Assembly: GCA_024679065.1 (NCBI GenBank)
Contig: JAGIQG010000009.1
Location: forward strand, 58,218,001-58,282,000
Origin: Sphyrna mokarran
Taxonomy: Eukaryota
Length of the DNA: 64,000 nucleotides
Reading direction: 5' to 3'
Numbering within the stretch: position 1 is the first letter of the stretch; the number at the start of each line of letters is the position of its first letter. A model generated the notes under the pieces. That model saw nothing but the letters and a program-made list of their open reading frames with translations, did no database searches and was not told the origin of the DNA. Made by a program: the position numbers and the translations under genes. Below, in pieces: positions 26,419 through 38,869 of this stretch.

Positions 26419-27149
26419 GTTCAAATAACATGCAGTGGTTTCATAGCAGTGTAACTGCCACAGTGATCTTTGGAACCACGGTTAAAATGGGTTCTGACAC
26501 AAGGACGATAATCTATTGTGTGTCTTTACCAAGGAGTGTGCTTAAAGTGATGGTACAGATCCAAAGCAAACAAAGGAGTTGAACTGCTTGGCAGAGGAGG
26601 GCCTAAGGCCAATGAACAAGAAAGGAGACAGAAACAAATGACTTTTCAGGATGGTTCTGATGACATATATACAATGTATGATCCTGCTTAGTTCTCTGCG
26701 GACATTACCAGAGCTATCGTATCATTGAAACAACAAATTTAGCTTGAACTTGGAATTAAAGCCAAATTAAGGACTGAGGGAGAATTTTGAAGATGAAGCA
26801 ATTTCACAAATGTGATAAAAAGAAATGTTCAATGGTGGAAGACAAGGACTGAAATGGACAATACTACTGTTGCGTTTGTGTGTTTCGATTTTGTAAACTG
26901 CATATACATTTATTGTACTGGTAGAGTGAAACTGAAAGAGTTTGAAAAATGAAAATATCTTTAAATGTTTTTTCCTTAAGCAGGGAGATGTGATGTTAGT
27001 GTACCTTTTAAGAGCTTTTTTTTTAAAATCATGATCTCAGCATCTCTCACAGCTTCAGTGTTTCTCAGCTCACAGCCTTAATCATGTCATTATGCCACTG
27101 GTTTGTCTGGAGGAGTCTTTTTATTTCTGCTGTACATGTGCAAGAAACA

Positions 27150-27990
27150 GAGTTGGAGGAGTACAAGTATCTTGGAGGGGTGGAGAATATTATAAAGGTA
27201 CGACGTGAGGCCCTGAAATATATTTGAAAACAAGGATGATAATTTTAAAACTGAGACATTTCTCTACTGAGAGACAATGTTGGCTAGCAAGCATAAAGTG
27301 ATGGGTGAATAGGAGTTGGTGCAAGTTGTAACGGAGGCAGCAGTGATTAAGATAAACTCAAGTTTATGAAGGGGGGAAGGTAGGTGACTGGTGGAAATGC
27401 ATTGGAAAAGTCAATTTTAAAGGTGATAAAGACATAGGTATGTATTTCAGTAGTAGCTGAGCTGATGTAGAGGTGGAATTAGGTGATGTTCATGCAATAA
27501 GGCAATCTTAATGATGGAGCAGATATGAAGTTGGAGGCTTTTCTATGGGCCAGTACAACACCAAGGTTGTGAATAGCCTGTTTCAGTGTCAAACAGTTAG
27601 TAGAAGAGAGTAATGGGACAAATGACTCCAAAAAGACTGGGGCAAATAGACAATAGCTTCAGTCTTTCCAGTATTTTCTTGGAGAAAATTTCTGCTCATA
27701 TAGTACTGGATGTCAGACAAGCAATGTAACAAATTAGAGTCAGTTGAGGCAGGGGGGATTGAAAGAGATAATAAAGTGGTGGAATTGGTGTAATAAGCAT
27801 ACATATGGAACCTGTTTTTGGATGTTTTCACAAAGGGGCAGCAGATAGATAAGAAATGGGAAGGAGGGCCAAGGATAATTCCTTGGAGGCCTCTAGAGAT
27901 AACAATGTTTGAGAAGGAAGAGAAGCCATTGCAGATGAGTCTCTAGTTATAACTGAATAGATAAAAATAGAATCAGGCAGATGCAGGCCC
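27150..27990 (-). mobile_element. L2 LINE fragment, degenerate
   Basis: Minus-strand remnant CLSDIQYYMSRNFLQENTGKTEAIV is typical of the L2 RT thumb region. Confidence 0.7.
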
Positions 27991-27994
27991 ACCT

Positions 27995-28740
27995 AGCCGA
28001 ACAGCAAAGGCTGGTAAAAATAGGGAAAATCCCAAGATATCCTATATCAAAAGGAAGAAGATAACTAGGGAAAGAGTAGGGCCCATTAGGATCTAAGGGA
28101 GCTACCTGTGGGAGGAGCCAGACAACAGAGTGTTGAATTCACATCTGCCTTCACCCAACAGAATTCAGGAAAAGGGACAGAGGTTAACAAGTAATTTAAC
28201 ACAGGGAAGGCAAGGTATTGGAGCTGCTGGCAGCCTTAAAAGTTGATAAATCTCCAGGTCCAGATGGATTGTGCCTAGGCAGCTGTGAGAGACAGGGAGG
28301 AGATTTCAGGGGCTCTGATCCAAATTTTCAATTCCTCACTGGCCACAAGGGAGGTGCCAAATGACTGGAGAACAGCTAATGTGATTCTGCTATTTAAGAA
28401 CAGTTCTAGGGGTTAACCAGGGATCTACAGACCAGTGAGTCTCACATCAGAGGAAGGGAAACTATTAGAGAAACGTCTGCAGAAGAGCATCTATCTCCGC
28501 TCAGAGAAACAATGCTTGATTAGGGATATCAGCATAGCTTCATCAGACAGAAGTCATGCCTAACAAATTTGATTGAATTTTTTGAAGAGGTATGTAGACG
28601 AGGGTAGTGCAATTAATATAGTTTATATGGGTTTCAGCGAAGCCTTTGACAAGGTTCCACAAAGGAGACTTATAAAGAAGATAAATTCACATAGGATACA
28701 AGGTAATTTGATAAAGTGGACATAAAATAGACGTGGTAGT
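27995..28740 (+). mobile_element. CR1 LINE fragment, degenerate
   Basis: KVDKSPGPDG, DWRTANV, YRPVSLTS, SCLTNLIEFFE and FSEAFDKVP remnants. Confidence 0.85.
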
Positions 28741-29779
28741 ACTCCAAATCACACAGATGTATATTCACAATCAATCCACTATTCCTCTATGAACAAATAT
28801 CTGACAATCATGGAATATGATAGTTTAATTATCATTGCCCTTATTTTGTCTTTTGACTACTAGCATTTCTTCTGGAAAATCTACAGCAAGATCAGGAGAA
28901 TTACAAGCACATGCAGAACAACAATGTATTTAAATACTAAGTATTACAAGCATAAAATAATCCAAATGTTACAAAATTGGAGAAATAGCAAAATATAGGC
29001 TTTTTGATGTATTATCTTGTATGTAATATATGCATTCTTTTCTACCAGCCTATGTGCAATATATTTCAACTTCTGTTTTCTTACCAGGCAGCTAAAAGAC
29101 AGAATAAGTATTACTATTAATCTTCTTCGGGATGAAATACACAAGTATACCTACAGGATTTCTTTTCATCTTTTGAAGAAATTAATGTTGTGGTGATTTG
29201 TGCATATTTAGAAATGTACACTGATTATTTTTGTCACTTCTTGAATCCCATTAAAGCTGCAGTTCAGTGTGTTGATGTGGTGTTAATCTGGAGTTTGGAC
29301 ACAGCCCAGTTTTGGGCCCCATGCTGCTTTATGAGATCCGTCTCCAGGGAACTCACTGTCAGTACAAGCTCAGGAAACAGTTGCACTGTTCACTTTCAGA
29401 GAACGTTTTGAATTAGGAAGCCAAGCTCTCCTCTATTTTAGTTTAAAGTGTATCATAAACTTAATTGTTCCCAGGTGATTCTTTCCTTGCATTGTGGAAT
29501 GTGCAGAATATTTCAAATATGTTATAAATCTTTGTGTATAACTGAACTAGTCAACACCCTTGCCAATTCAAAAATATCTTTACGACAAACGTGCAGTTAA
29601 ATCCTCCAACAAACCTTTGATTGTTCATAAGGTCTTGTTTTCTTTAAGTTGAAACAATCAGGAATTATTTTATTTCTTTCCAGCTATTCTGTCCTGAAGG
29701 TGGTGACTCAGGTCAAAGTACAGTATCGCAATCCAGTGCTAATTCTTCACATTCGTCAAAACAGTGACTGTGCAAAAAA

Positions 29780-30081
29780 GGGTGGGACAATGGCACAGAG
29801 TTTAGCATTGCTGCCTGACAGTGCCAGGGACCCAGGTTTGATTCTCGGCTTTGTTCACTGTCAGTGTGGAGTTTGTATATTCTTCCTGTGTCTGCGTGCA
29901 TTTCCTCAGGTGCTCTATTTCCTCCCACAGTCCAAAGATGTGCGGGTTAGGCTGATTGGCAATACAAAAATGCCCCTTAGTGTCAGGGGATTAGTAGGTC
30001 AAATAAGTAGGGTTCTGGGGATAGGTCAGTATAGACACAATGGGCTGAATGGCCTCCTTCTGCACTGTAGGGATTCTATGA
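29780..30081 (+). mobile_element. HE1-type V-SINE
   Basis: tRNA-like head (tggcacagagtttagc..ggtttgattc), V-domain tgtggagtttg..tgtctgcgtg..cctcccacagtccaaagatgtg, CR1-like tail gggctgaatggcctccttctgcactgtagggattctatg. Confidence 0.9.
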
Positions 30082-30189
30082 ATCTAGTCTATTCCAACAT
30101 TGGGGCTTCAAAGTTAGTTCAATCTTGTCCCCATGAACATCTACACATGACCACTTATGAAAGCAATTCAGAACAAGGAGTCCAGGTGA

Positions 30190-30358
30190 CTTTTACTTTT
30201 CTATTTCACCAATATTGATGCCAATTTATTTCCCAAACACTGGCTTGGGCTGAGATCAACTAACTCCAAACAGAGCAATGATTAAATCTGAGTTTTGTGG
30301 CCCTTAAGTCACAGTGAGACATTAAGCAGTTCACATACCCACTGAAATACTGAGGAAG
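30190..30358 (-). mobile_element. LF-SINE-like ancient SINE relic
   Basis: Minus strand has tctgtttggagttagttgatctcagcc, close to the recalled LF-SINE core TCTGTGCTGAGTTAGCTGATCTCAGCC, after a decayed tRNA-like head. Confidence 0.45.
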
Positions 30359-30916
30359 TTTCAATAATTGTTCAATTTCTGCTTTATAACACCCCATTTA
30401 TTCAGAACACAGAGAACCCAGCTGTGTTGAATCTAATACCAAGCAAAGTTAACTGATAGAAATCATATGGAAGTATGATTGTAAAACCCACAAGGTTCGT
30501 ATCAACCCAACCGATTTTGAATGTGGCAGCTCACCTGCACTTAATCTTTTTCATTAACTGAAGTGCACTTCTCTAGCCAATGTTTTTTTTTCCTGCATGC
30601 CTGTGTTTAAACTTTAATGATAAAATATGATTGCCTTTTGGCAGTCTTCAGTGGAAATGTATTTTAGCTGTTAACAATATCTGTTTCTTGTTAGAGTTTA
30701 TACAGCTCTAAAGAGAATGAAATTCCTTACTGATGACAATTTAACATTTTATATATAATTTTCCCATTGGGTATTCTAATTATTCTACTTAAGAATATAA
30801 TGTACAGAATATACAGAAGCTATGGAATTCCCATCCAATTATGAAAATGTTCTCAATATCACTTGCTTGTCCAGTTGTATTGTTCAATATTTAAGATCAT
30901 ACAGTCTCTGACATAG

Positions 30917-31987
30917 GTGATATTTAATGCTCCCCCCCTTGGCTTGTTTTAGGTGGGGAAAGCATCTAATCAGGCAGGATGGTGCAGGTGGGGAACCCAC
31001 CACCTTCACTCTGATTACATCTGTGTCATGAAGGATCCTGGAAGACCTACCTTCCCCCTCCAATAGAGGCACTGAATTGGGCAATTAATGCCCAAATATG
31101 AGCCTGATCCTACCAAACGCATGCAGGATGTCACCCCTGACAGCTGATGAGCAAACCTGTACAGGTTGCTGATAGTCTCTGCGAGAAGTGGGGGAGGGTG
31201 GTGTTCCATTGTTCAAAGATACTGAGTGCCTGATCAAGGGACCAAGCATTGATAAGAAGATTGGAGGGGGTCACTGAGAGTCACACATCTGACTTGCTGA
31301 GCCCCCCTAAATCTGCTTCCCCTACTATCTCCCATTTTGTGAAACACATCCCACCATCACTCACCTGAGCCCAGGGATGCAATAAAAATCCAGGCCTTGG
31401 GTTGGTGTTTTACCTGTGGTGGGCCATAGAATTCATAGAACCCATGGAATCCCCATAGTGCAGAAAGAAGCCAATCCACTCATCGAGTCTGCACCAACTC
31501 AGCGTCTTACCCAGGCCCACCCCTCTGCCTTATCCCTGTACCCTCACACATTTTCTATGGTTAATCCTAATCTACACATCTTCTGACATTAAGGGTCAAC
31601 TTGGCATGGCCAATCCACCTAGCCTGCACATCTTTGGACTGTGGGAGGCAACAGAGCACCCAGAGGCAATAGAAAAAACATGCAAACTCCACACAGAGAG
31701 TCATGCACGGCCAGAATTGTACCCAAGTCCCTTGTGCTGTGAGGCAGCAATGCTACCCACTGTGCCATCATGCCGATGCTGATAAGCCTCTGATTGGTTG
31801 GCAATTCTCAGCAAGCAGGAGTTCCACCCTGGAGTACTTGATCCCAAGGAAAGGCCCACCAGTCACTTCTCAACTGCCTGATTGGCATTTAATGTTGGCA
31901 GAGCTTCCCAGGAGGAAACAACACATAGGTCTCGCCAGCTGTCCATCCGGAAGCTGAGATTCCCATTGCAGCCATTAAATTGCCCCA
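30917..31987. mobile_element. Harbinger-type MITE carrying an HE1 SINE insertion
   Basis: Ends gatatttaatg.. / ..cattaaattgcccc; GC-rich MITE interior on both sides of the SINE. Confidence 0.5.
31425..31775 (-). mobile_element. HE1-type V-SINE
   Basis: Reverse complement of the 29780-30081 pattern (catagaa tail, atctttggactgtgggagg, aaactccacacag, ccactgtgcca head). Confidence 0.9.
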
Positions 31988-32474
31988 AATAAATTTCCAA
32001 ACAGTTACAGAAATATTGCCAATGTTTTAATAATTAAGTGACCATAGAAACTTGTGAATGTTGAGTTAATCAATTTCAGCTGAGATGATGGCTAGGGCAT
32101 TATAATTCACATCATGCCCCTATCAGAATCTGTTTTGTTCTTTGTTCTTATTACAGAGCAGAAAACTCAGGAAGAGTTGCTGCTAGAAAGAATATATCAA
32201 TAAGTATCAGATGAAGACAAGATCAGACTGAACTGTGATATTCTCCAAATTCAACCAGTTTGCCAAATTTAGCAGCAAATTTAATTGTTTTTCAGTCTGT
32301 GCCTCCCTGCCAGTTGTCTCTTGCTATAGTATTTTGGCTCTGTGCAGGCACTCAAAACTCAAGTCTAATATAACATATCTGTATTATTTAGATAATAATA
32401 GGGATTTGACAAAGTAAATTATGCTTCTGTGCTGTCCTGTGGGAATGGTATAACATTGGAATCAGATAAGTTGT

Positions 32475-32670
32475 TAAATTGAGGCTCCATTTTCCCCCTC
32501 AGGTGGGCATCTATGATCCTAAGGCAAAGAGCAGGGCAGTTCTCCTCATTGACCTGGCAAATATTTATCCCTCAATCATCATCATTTTATTTATTTCATT
32601 TTATGTATGTGGGATTTTGCTATGCATATGTTGGCTGCCACATTTCCTGCAATCAAAAATACTTAATTGG
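32475..32670 (+). mobile_element. Deu-domain SINE (SacSINE1/AmnSINE1-like) relic
   Basis: ctcaggtgg..gatcc..aagagcaggg..ttctcc..cctggcaaatatttatccctcaa..tgtgggattttgct..ttggctgcc matches the recalled Deu domain. Confidence 0.65.
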
Positions 32671-33392
32671 TTTATAGTTCATTTTATTTTTAATTGCACT
32701 AAATGAAAACTAGTTCATTTTATAAAGAAATAATGTCTGCGCAGTTAGGCTTCATAAAGTTCATAGTGCAGTGCTATGAAACCCCTGAGGGAAGAAAATG
32801 ATGCATGCTTTTTAGCACTTCAACCATGGTCTGTACAGTGCCCCAGGTTTGGAAAGGGGAAGAGTGCTAACAATGCTACTGTGCCATGCATTTGACAGAG
32901 GTGTTTGCAGTAATCAGATCGTGACATCAGTCAGCCATTTTGGCTAACTTAATGCATATAGCTGAAACTTGGAACTGTGTAGGCCCAATAAACATCATTG
33001 CATTCACTCAGCTGGATATGGGAACTCCTCACCTGACCAATGTCATTCAAGGGGCCAACTATCCATCTTGCAGGTGAGGGGCTATTGTGTAACATCTGTC
33101 TTTGTAATTTATAAAAGTATTGTGACGTGTTTTTGCAATGTTTTGCTGAATTGATATGTCCATACAGGGAGAGCAGAAGATTTGACCACCATAGTCTTAT
33201 TGCTGTGAGGCTGAAGGAGCGGCACAGTTCTGTGACTTATTCCTTGTAGAATCTGAGGCATCTCAAAAGTTGTTCCTATCTGAAAATGCTTGATAGCTTG
33301 AGCTTCTGTTGACAATCCTTCATGCAGAGAGCTGTCCCACTCTCCAAGCTCTTCCATTTGGCAAACCCAAAGATGCAATAATTACAATCGGT

Positions 33393-34172
33393 AGTAGAAT
33401 TCTCCCAAAAAATTCTAAATATCAAATTTCTGTGAAAAATGAACTAATTCACACTTAACAGAGTTCAGAGAGCTCCCTGCTCTGCAGAGGCCACCATCGT
33501 GAATATCATTGAAAGTTAGGGGCCTGATTGCTGGCACCTGACCATTTCTGGGTCTAGATCTGACCCCCCCCACCTCATATCACCCATCCCCCTTAGTCTC
33601 CAGCAGCACTACCACCTCCCCCACCCTCCCAGAAGGCTGACACCCCTTCACTCTTGGCTGAACCCTCACCTTGATTATTGGGCCCCCTGCCTCCCACCGA
33701 TTGACCCAAAGGCCCTGCCCCCTTAGTACTGCCATATCCCCGGGCAGTGCCAAGGCCACTGGCTGGCAGTGCCAAGGTGCCAATGCCCATGAGGCACCAC
33801 CCCTCTGCCATCCATCCCTTTGGGGTTCCTCAATTGCCCCCCCCCCAACCTTCATCTAGCAGGGTCAGGCCATTAGCTCCCTGAAAGTGGGGAGCTACTG
33901 TAATCCCTGCTGGAATGAAATACTGTGGCAGAGTGGAAGAAGCTAGCAGGCCTGGAGATTACAATCCTAGGCCTGCTAATCAAACTCAAATAATATTGAA
34001 ATTACCATTCAAATAGTCTGTGCTTCTCTCCGCCAGCTGCTGGAAATCCAGCGCTGGGAGATGCAAGCATGGCATGAACACTTGCGCAAACCCCACAAAT
34101 CAGCCACTATGGGATTCTCCTAGCCTGTTGCACTAAAAACTTAGTGCGGGGGAATGGGAGAACCACAATCCC
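33393..34172. mobile_element. Harbinger-derived MITE
   Basis: Termini agaattctccca.. / ..tgggagaacc; same family as 59546-60843. Confidence 0.65.
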
Positions 34173-34929
34173 AATATCTGCTATTTGATCTCTTGCCTAC
34201 TCTTGACTTCCATCATTAAGGCTTGCAGTACTATATTTGTTATCCTCAGAGTTCTATCTCTTCCTTGGTGCTTTAATTTATTTTGCTTATAGTACCAGCC
34301 AATTCTACCACAGGTAATCAGTTGTAGTTTCCTTCTAATGAGTGTAGCTCCCCTTTAAAAAAGCAGGCTGACTTTCAGTGCTGAAAACTAGCTGGAACAT
34401 GTGATAATCTTACATGTTGTTGGAAACCAGTTGCATGTTCACCTAGCCTGTCAGCAGTGCAGGTTGCACTCGACTGAACATTACAATTATGTTAATCAAT
34501 AGACAAGACAAAGTTGGCATGCAGCCTGCTTCAATGGAACTGGAGGCAGTGAGATTGCAAATCATAACTTCTGTGCTCGAAGCAGGAATAGACAGTTTTC
34601 AAATCAATTTTAATAAAAATTTAATTCCATTCTAATTCACTGCTGGAATTAATGGGCCCTGAACATTCTTGAGAATACCAGTACTTCAGAAATTTGTGAT
34701 TCCCAAGTGTCATTCATGGGAGAAAATAAGTGATCACCTATTTTCAGAGTCATAGGATAAGCTGCTCCAGGGGTATTGGGTTGTTTGTTAGTTGGATGTT
34801 TACTTGCATTCAGATGGTAGACATGAACTAGGGGTTCACTTGTGTTCATGTTTAAGAAGAATAGGCTAAAACTGTGGTTATTAGATTGGCTATCTGGTGT
34901 TATAGCAAGCAGTAATGCTTTTAAGGAAA

Positions 34930-37330
34930 AGCTGTGCTGTGGGGAGTGGGGATAGACATTGGGAATGGGTGAAGTCAGAGAACAGTGCAGAAGAGGAAGT
35001 CACAGATCCTCAATATTGAAGACCTATCACAGCGTTCACTCACACCCTCCATCACTGCAGGAATACATATCTCAGTGGGACCTAGTTTTATACCAGCCTT
35101 GGAGTCACAATCTAGTGAGCAGAGACCCACAGCAGGTGGAGGCTGGCTGTCCCAGGTTGCTGGCACATGGAGGATTTTTGAAGGCCAGGAATTTGTTGAG
35201 TTTAAGTCAGATGATGAACTTCTGGCCTTGGTCATGCATAGGTTGCTACAGCTCCAAAGGCAAACTTGAGAAATTCAGGAGGGAATATCTGGTACATTCA
35301 TCAGATTGAACAGTTGCATCGAGTCTGATCGCTTTATACTGGACATCAGAGTGCCAACATTGCAAAACAATTAGATCAAGCACTACGTGTTAGCCACCAT
35401 GGAGACTTCGATGCAAGACTTATATCTTGGACTACTGCAGGACATGTACTTATTGGAATCCATGAGTGCAAATGCCAGAGGGCCTCAGACTCTCTTGAGC
35501 TCATTCCAAATGCCTCTCCATCCAAAGAATGAAGCCAGAGACCCCATCAAGAGGAGCATCAGCTGGGACACAGCCTAGGACTACCCACGCAGATGATCCG
35601 GGAGTGTCCTGCCTATCTGAATCCCACCTTCTTCTGTAATGTTTCCAGTCCAGCTCTGCATGACAGGATCCTTATCACAGAGACTGTCTGCTGTCATCAG
35701 TCAAATGGAAAAGCAATGCTCACAAAAAGTATGTAAAGATAATGAGATGTCCCCACTGGAACTCTTCATCACCCCCCATGAATTTTGCAGCAATGAGCAT
35801 GTCCCAAGCTCGTCTGCCCCATCTGGACATCAGTAAGAGTCTGGCAACACCAACTCTTACTGAGTTTACCCCAGTCCAACGCCGGCATCTCCCCATCTGG
35901 ACATCACCATTGCCTCCTAGCTGACATCTTCTTTCTCCCAACAGCCTTATCTCCTTCAATGTCTTGCATATCAGAGGAAGCGTGCCATCCGCCATCTCAC
36001 AGAATCACAGAATCCTACAGTGCAGAAGGGGCCATTTGGCCCATCAAATCTGCCCCAACCACAATTTCGTCCAGGTCCTTATCCACATAACTCCATGCAT
36101 TTATTCCAGCTAATGCCCCTGGCACCAAGGGTTAATTTAGTATGGCCAATCCACCTAATCCACACATCTTTGGATATGGAAGGAAACCGAAACATTGGAG
36201 GGAACCTATGCAGACACAGGGAGAATTGTAAATTCCATACAGACAATGACCCACGGCAGGAGTTGAACCTGGGTCCCTGGCACTGTGCCATTATGACAAT
36301 CCTCCTGAGGCAGTTCCTCATCTGTCGCAGTCAAGTTGTGCAAAATGCAGGAAGTGACCACAATGCGTGACACTTTCTGCAAATTATGTTGCAGGACTCT
36401 GTGAAACCGGTCCAAGCACTAGAACCTCATCTTCAACATCCATATGGTCTGCTCTACCAAACTGTGAATTGCAGAATGAGCCTTATTGTACCTTGTCTCT
36501 GCTGCACTCTGTCGCTGCCACACAGATATCATCAGCCACCTCCTCAGTGGATATGGTACCCCTTGTCCCAGAGGAGTCCACCCTGCAGTCCCTGTGGACT
36601 CTGAAACATGTCAGATCTGAGAGTGGCTCAGAATGTATGACTTGTGCATACTCTCTGGAAATTGAATACACACTTGCGTTTGATGTGGTTGCAAACCAGC
36701 TAAACATTGGAACGGCTTTCACTCGTTGAATTTGTAGTTCACTGCTTGGTGTCCCAGGGATGTGTGCCACATGAGTGCAGTTGATGGCACCCTGCAATTG
36801 TGGAAAGCCAGAAATTAGTGTAATGCCATTGATTTTACATCCTGGCTTGCCCAATCCCAGTTGAAATGGACAAAGTTGTATGCGCTTATAAAGATTGCTT
36901 TCATCACTTTATAGATGTATTTGTGTGCAGAGGCTAGCAAAATCCCACAGAGGTCACCTATGAATACCTCCAAGTCCCTATAGCGCCAAATCGTGCAAAA
37001 GGTGGCAGATGTGACCAGATGTTTTCCTGGACATGTGTTTTCTTCAGCGACACTTGTTCTCAGATATCTGCAGGTTTGTTGGGTGCCATCTGAGACTCTG
37101 AATCTGGAGATGTGCCTCTGACTGACAGCTCTCAGGACATTCATTTTCTGCGAGCAAAGACATTGATGGGACAGATTTGCTTACATAATTTTTGATCCTT
37201 AATCTTGTTCTGCTTCTGCTTTTGGCATTGACATCTTCTCTCCTGCCTTTGAGCAAGAAGAATGATAGTGTGTTGACTAAGCTCCATATTTTGTACGTTC
37301 TTCTCACTGCAATATCAAAGCAAGAGACTG
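34930..37330 (-). mobile_element. Harbinger transposon remnant: transposase on -, probable accessory gene remnant on +
   Basis: Minus-strand GFPQLQGAINCTHVA (GAIDCTH motif) and DRFHRVLQHNLQKVSRIVVTSCILHNL; frameshifted. Confidence 0.8.
35998..36290 (-). mobile_element. HE1-type V-SINE inserted in the Harbinger
   Basis: cacagaatcacagaatcctacagtgcagaa tail, V-domain, and head ending ttgaacctgggtccctggcactgtg. Confidence 0.85.
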
Positions 37331-37659
37331 GACTGTTAGCATTTGTCTCCTAAGGATCATTCTTTTCACGTTCATTATTTGAAAGTGCCTCTCAAAGCCC
37401 ACTGACTCATGTCCTGGTTATCACATTGATGCCCAGTCCATCATTCACATGATGATTTGGAAAAACCCCACAACCATTCTTGTCCCACACCACATGACTG
37501 AATGGCCATAATATTGGCCATACTACTGCTTCCAGGGCTCTCATCTCATGAGCAGGCATTATACCAAGCTTCATTCCAAAGCCTTGAGCATGGTCTGATC
37601 TATGGAGGGCAGCTGTAAATATTGTTAGAGTATCAGATCAAAAAGAACTAAGGTGTATT

Positions 37660-38012
37660 GTGAAGCCAGATTAGACTCCAACAATTTTCTATTTTGTTGT
37701 TAGTGTCAAAATAAGATGTTTTAATCCAGGTGCGATTCTACTGACAAAAAAAAACTTTATTTAACAATACAGTTTTAACTATAACCAATGAATTAGCTTA
37801 ATTTTTAACAATTGAAGAATATTTAATCATAACAAGATACGTCTTAACTGCTAATCTATCACTATGAGATCCAATTCAACAATATTCCTCTTATAGATTT
37901 AAATTCCTCTTTAAAATTAGTTAGCAAAACACAAGTATACTTGCTAGTCTTAAGTGCTGGTGTGTCCAAAATACATCTGGAGAGAGACAGAGAGAGAAAG
38001 ACAGAGAGACAC
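37660..38012 (-). mobile_element. LTR fragment, same family as the 18823-19615 solo LTR
   Basis: Shares tccaggtg..attcta, actttatttaacaatacagttt and ttgctagtctt with 18850-19200. Confidence 0.75.
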
Positions 38013-38015
38013 GTT

Positions 38016-38654
38016 GGGGGCGATTCTCCCAAAATAAATTCTAAGTGTTGAGTTTGCATGAAGACAGGAGTAAATCACACCTTTTTTCAGTGGGAGTTCA
38101 GAGGAGAATCTCCCACACTATGTGCACTGCTGAGTGTACCAGCATAAATCACATAACAATCAGTGGGCGGGGCTTATTCCCACCTAGGAGGCCGGCAGCA
38201 GAGTGCCTTGTGGGCCACTGCACATGACCCAATCCATTAGCACTGAGACTGATGCATTTGTACTGGCCCCTGTCTGCCATCCTTCCAATTCAATCATTGG
38301 CCAGCAGCCCACTTCCCCTCCCCCCCACCCCCACCTCCCGGTCCCGGGCCCATTAACCATATTTAAATATTAAAATGTCCTCCTGAATACATAATGCAGC
38401 TCCGTGCCTATTTCCAGCACAGAGCTGATGGAGCTGGAAATCTGGCACTGGGAGACGTGCTCAAGTCAGACGCCTCGTGCAGATCGCACCAATTCAGCCC
38501 CGCTGAAATCTCCCAGCCCACTGTGTTAAAAATTAGTGCAGTAGAATGGGAGAGAATGTGCAAACTCCACACAGACAGTGGCCAAAGCTGGGAATTGAAC
38601 CTGGGTCCTTAGCACTGTGAGGCAGCAGTGCTAACCACTGTGCCACTATGCCGC
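38016..38654. mobile_element. Harbinger MITE (about 38016-38548) abutting an HE1 SINE 5' half on - (about 38549-38654)
   Basis: TIR gggggcgattctccc; then gagaatgtgcaaactccacacagacagt..gaacctgggtcc..gtgctaaccactgtgccactatgccgc. Confidence 0.75.
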
Positions 38655-38869
38655 TCATGTCTTGTCATTTGTCCTTGTCAACATCCCACCTCCAGAAGCT
38701 CCCCTCCCCCAAGATTTGAGTAGCTGTCAGTCTGTGATGACTCCCCAGCCATTGCTGTTACCCAGGCTTCCCTCCCATATGTGAGGCCCTTCCAAAAAGC
38801 CTGTGGTCCAGTAACAGAAGACAACCTGAGCAGTGGTGCTTTTCACATTTTGCAGTTTTCCCCCTCTTC

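Larger units (their letters stand above)
23370..27110 (+). mobile_element. Gypsy (probably Gmr1-like) LTR retrotransposon remnant: integrase, PPT and start of 3' LTR; interrupted by CR1 and a Penelope-type piece
   Basis: Integrase remnants AHE..HLG..CHTCQ (HHCC), TAYHSESQ..WHQTLKTML|YCQDYPEDW..IPF, FGHEVKGP, HVNMLKRY. PPT aagcagggaga at 26978-26988 is followed by TGTGATG at 26989. Confidence 0.85.

Noticed and set aside
29649-30218. 189-aa ORF
   Set aside because: Chance read-through across an HE1 SINE; non-ATG start and no domain.
33560-33575. GACCCCCCCCAC as a GLIS autoregulatory site
   Set aside because: The C-run is longer than the GLIS consensus and sits in the C-rich interior of a common MITE.
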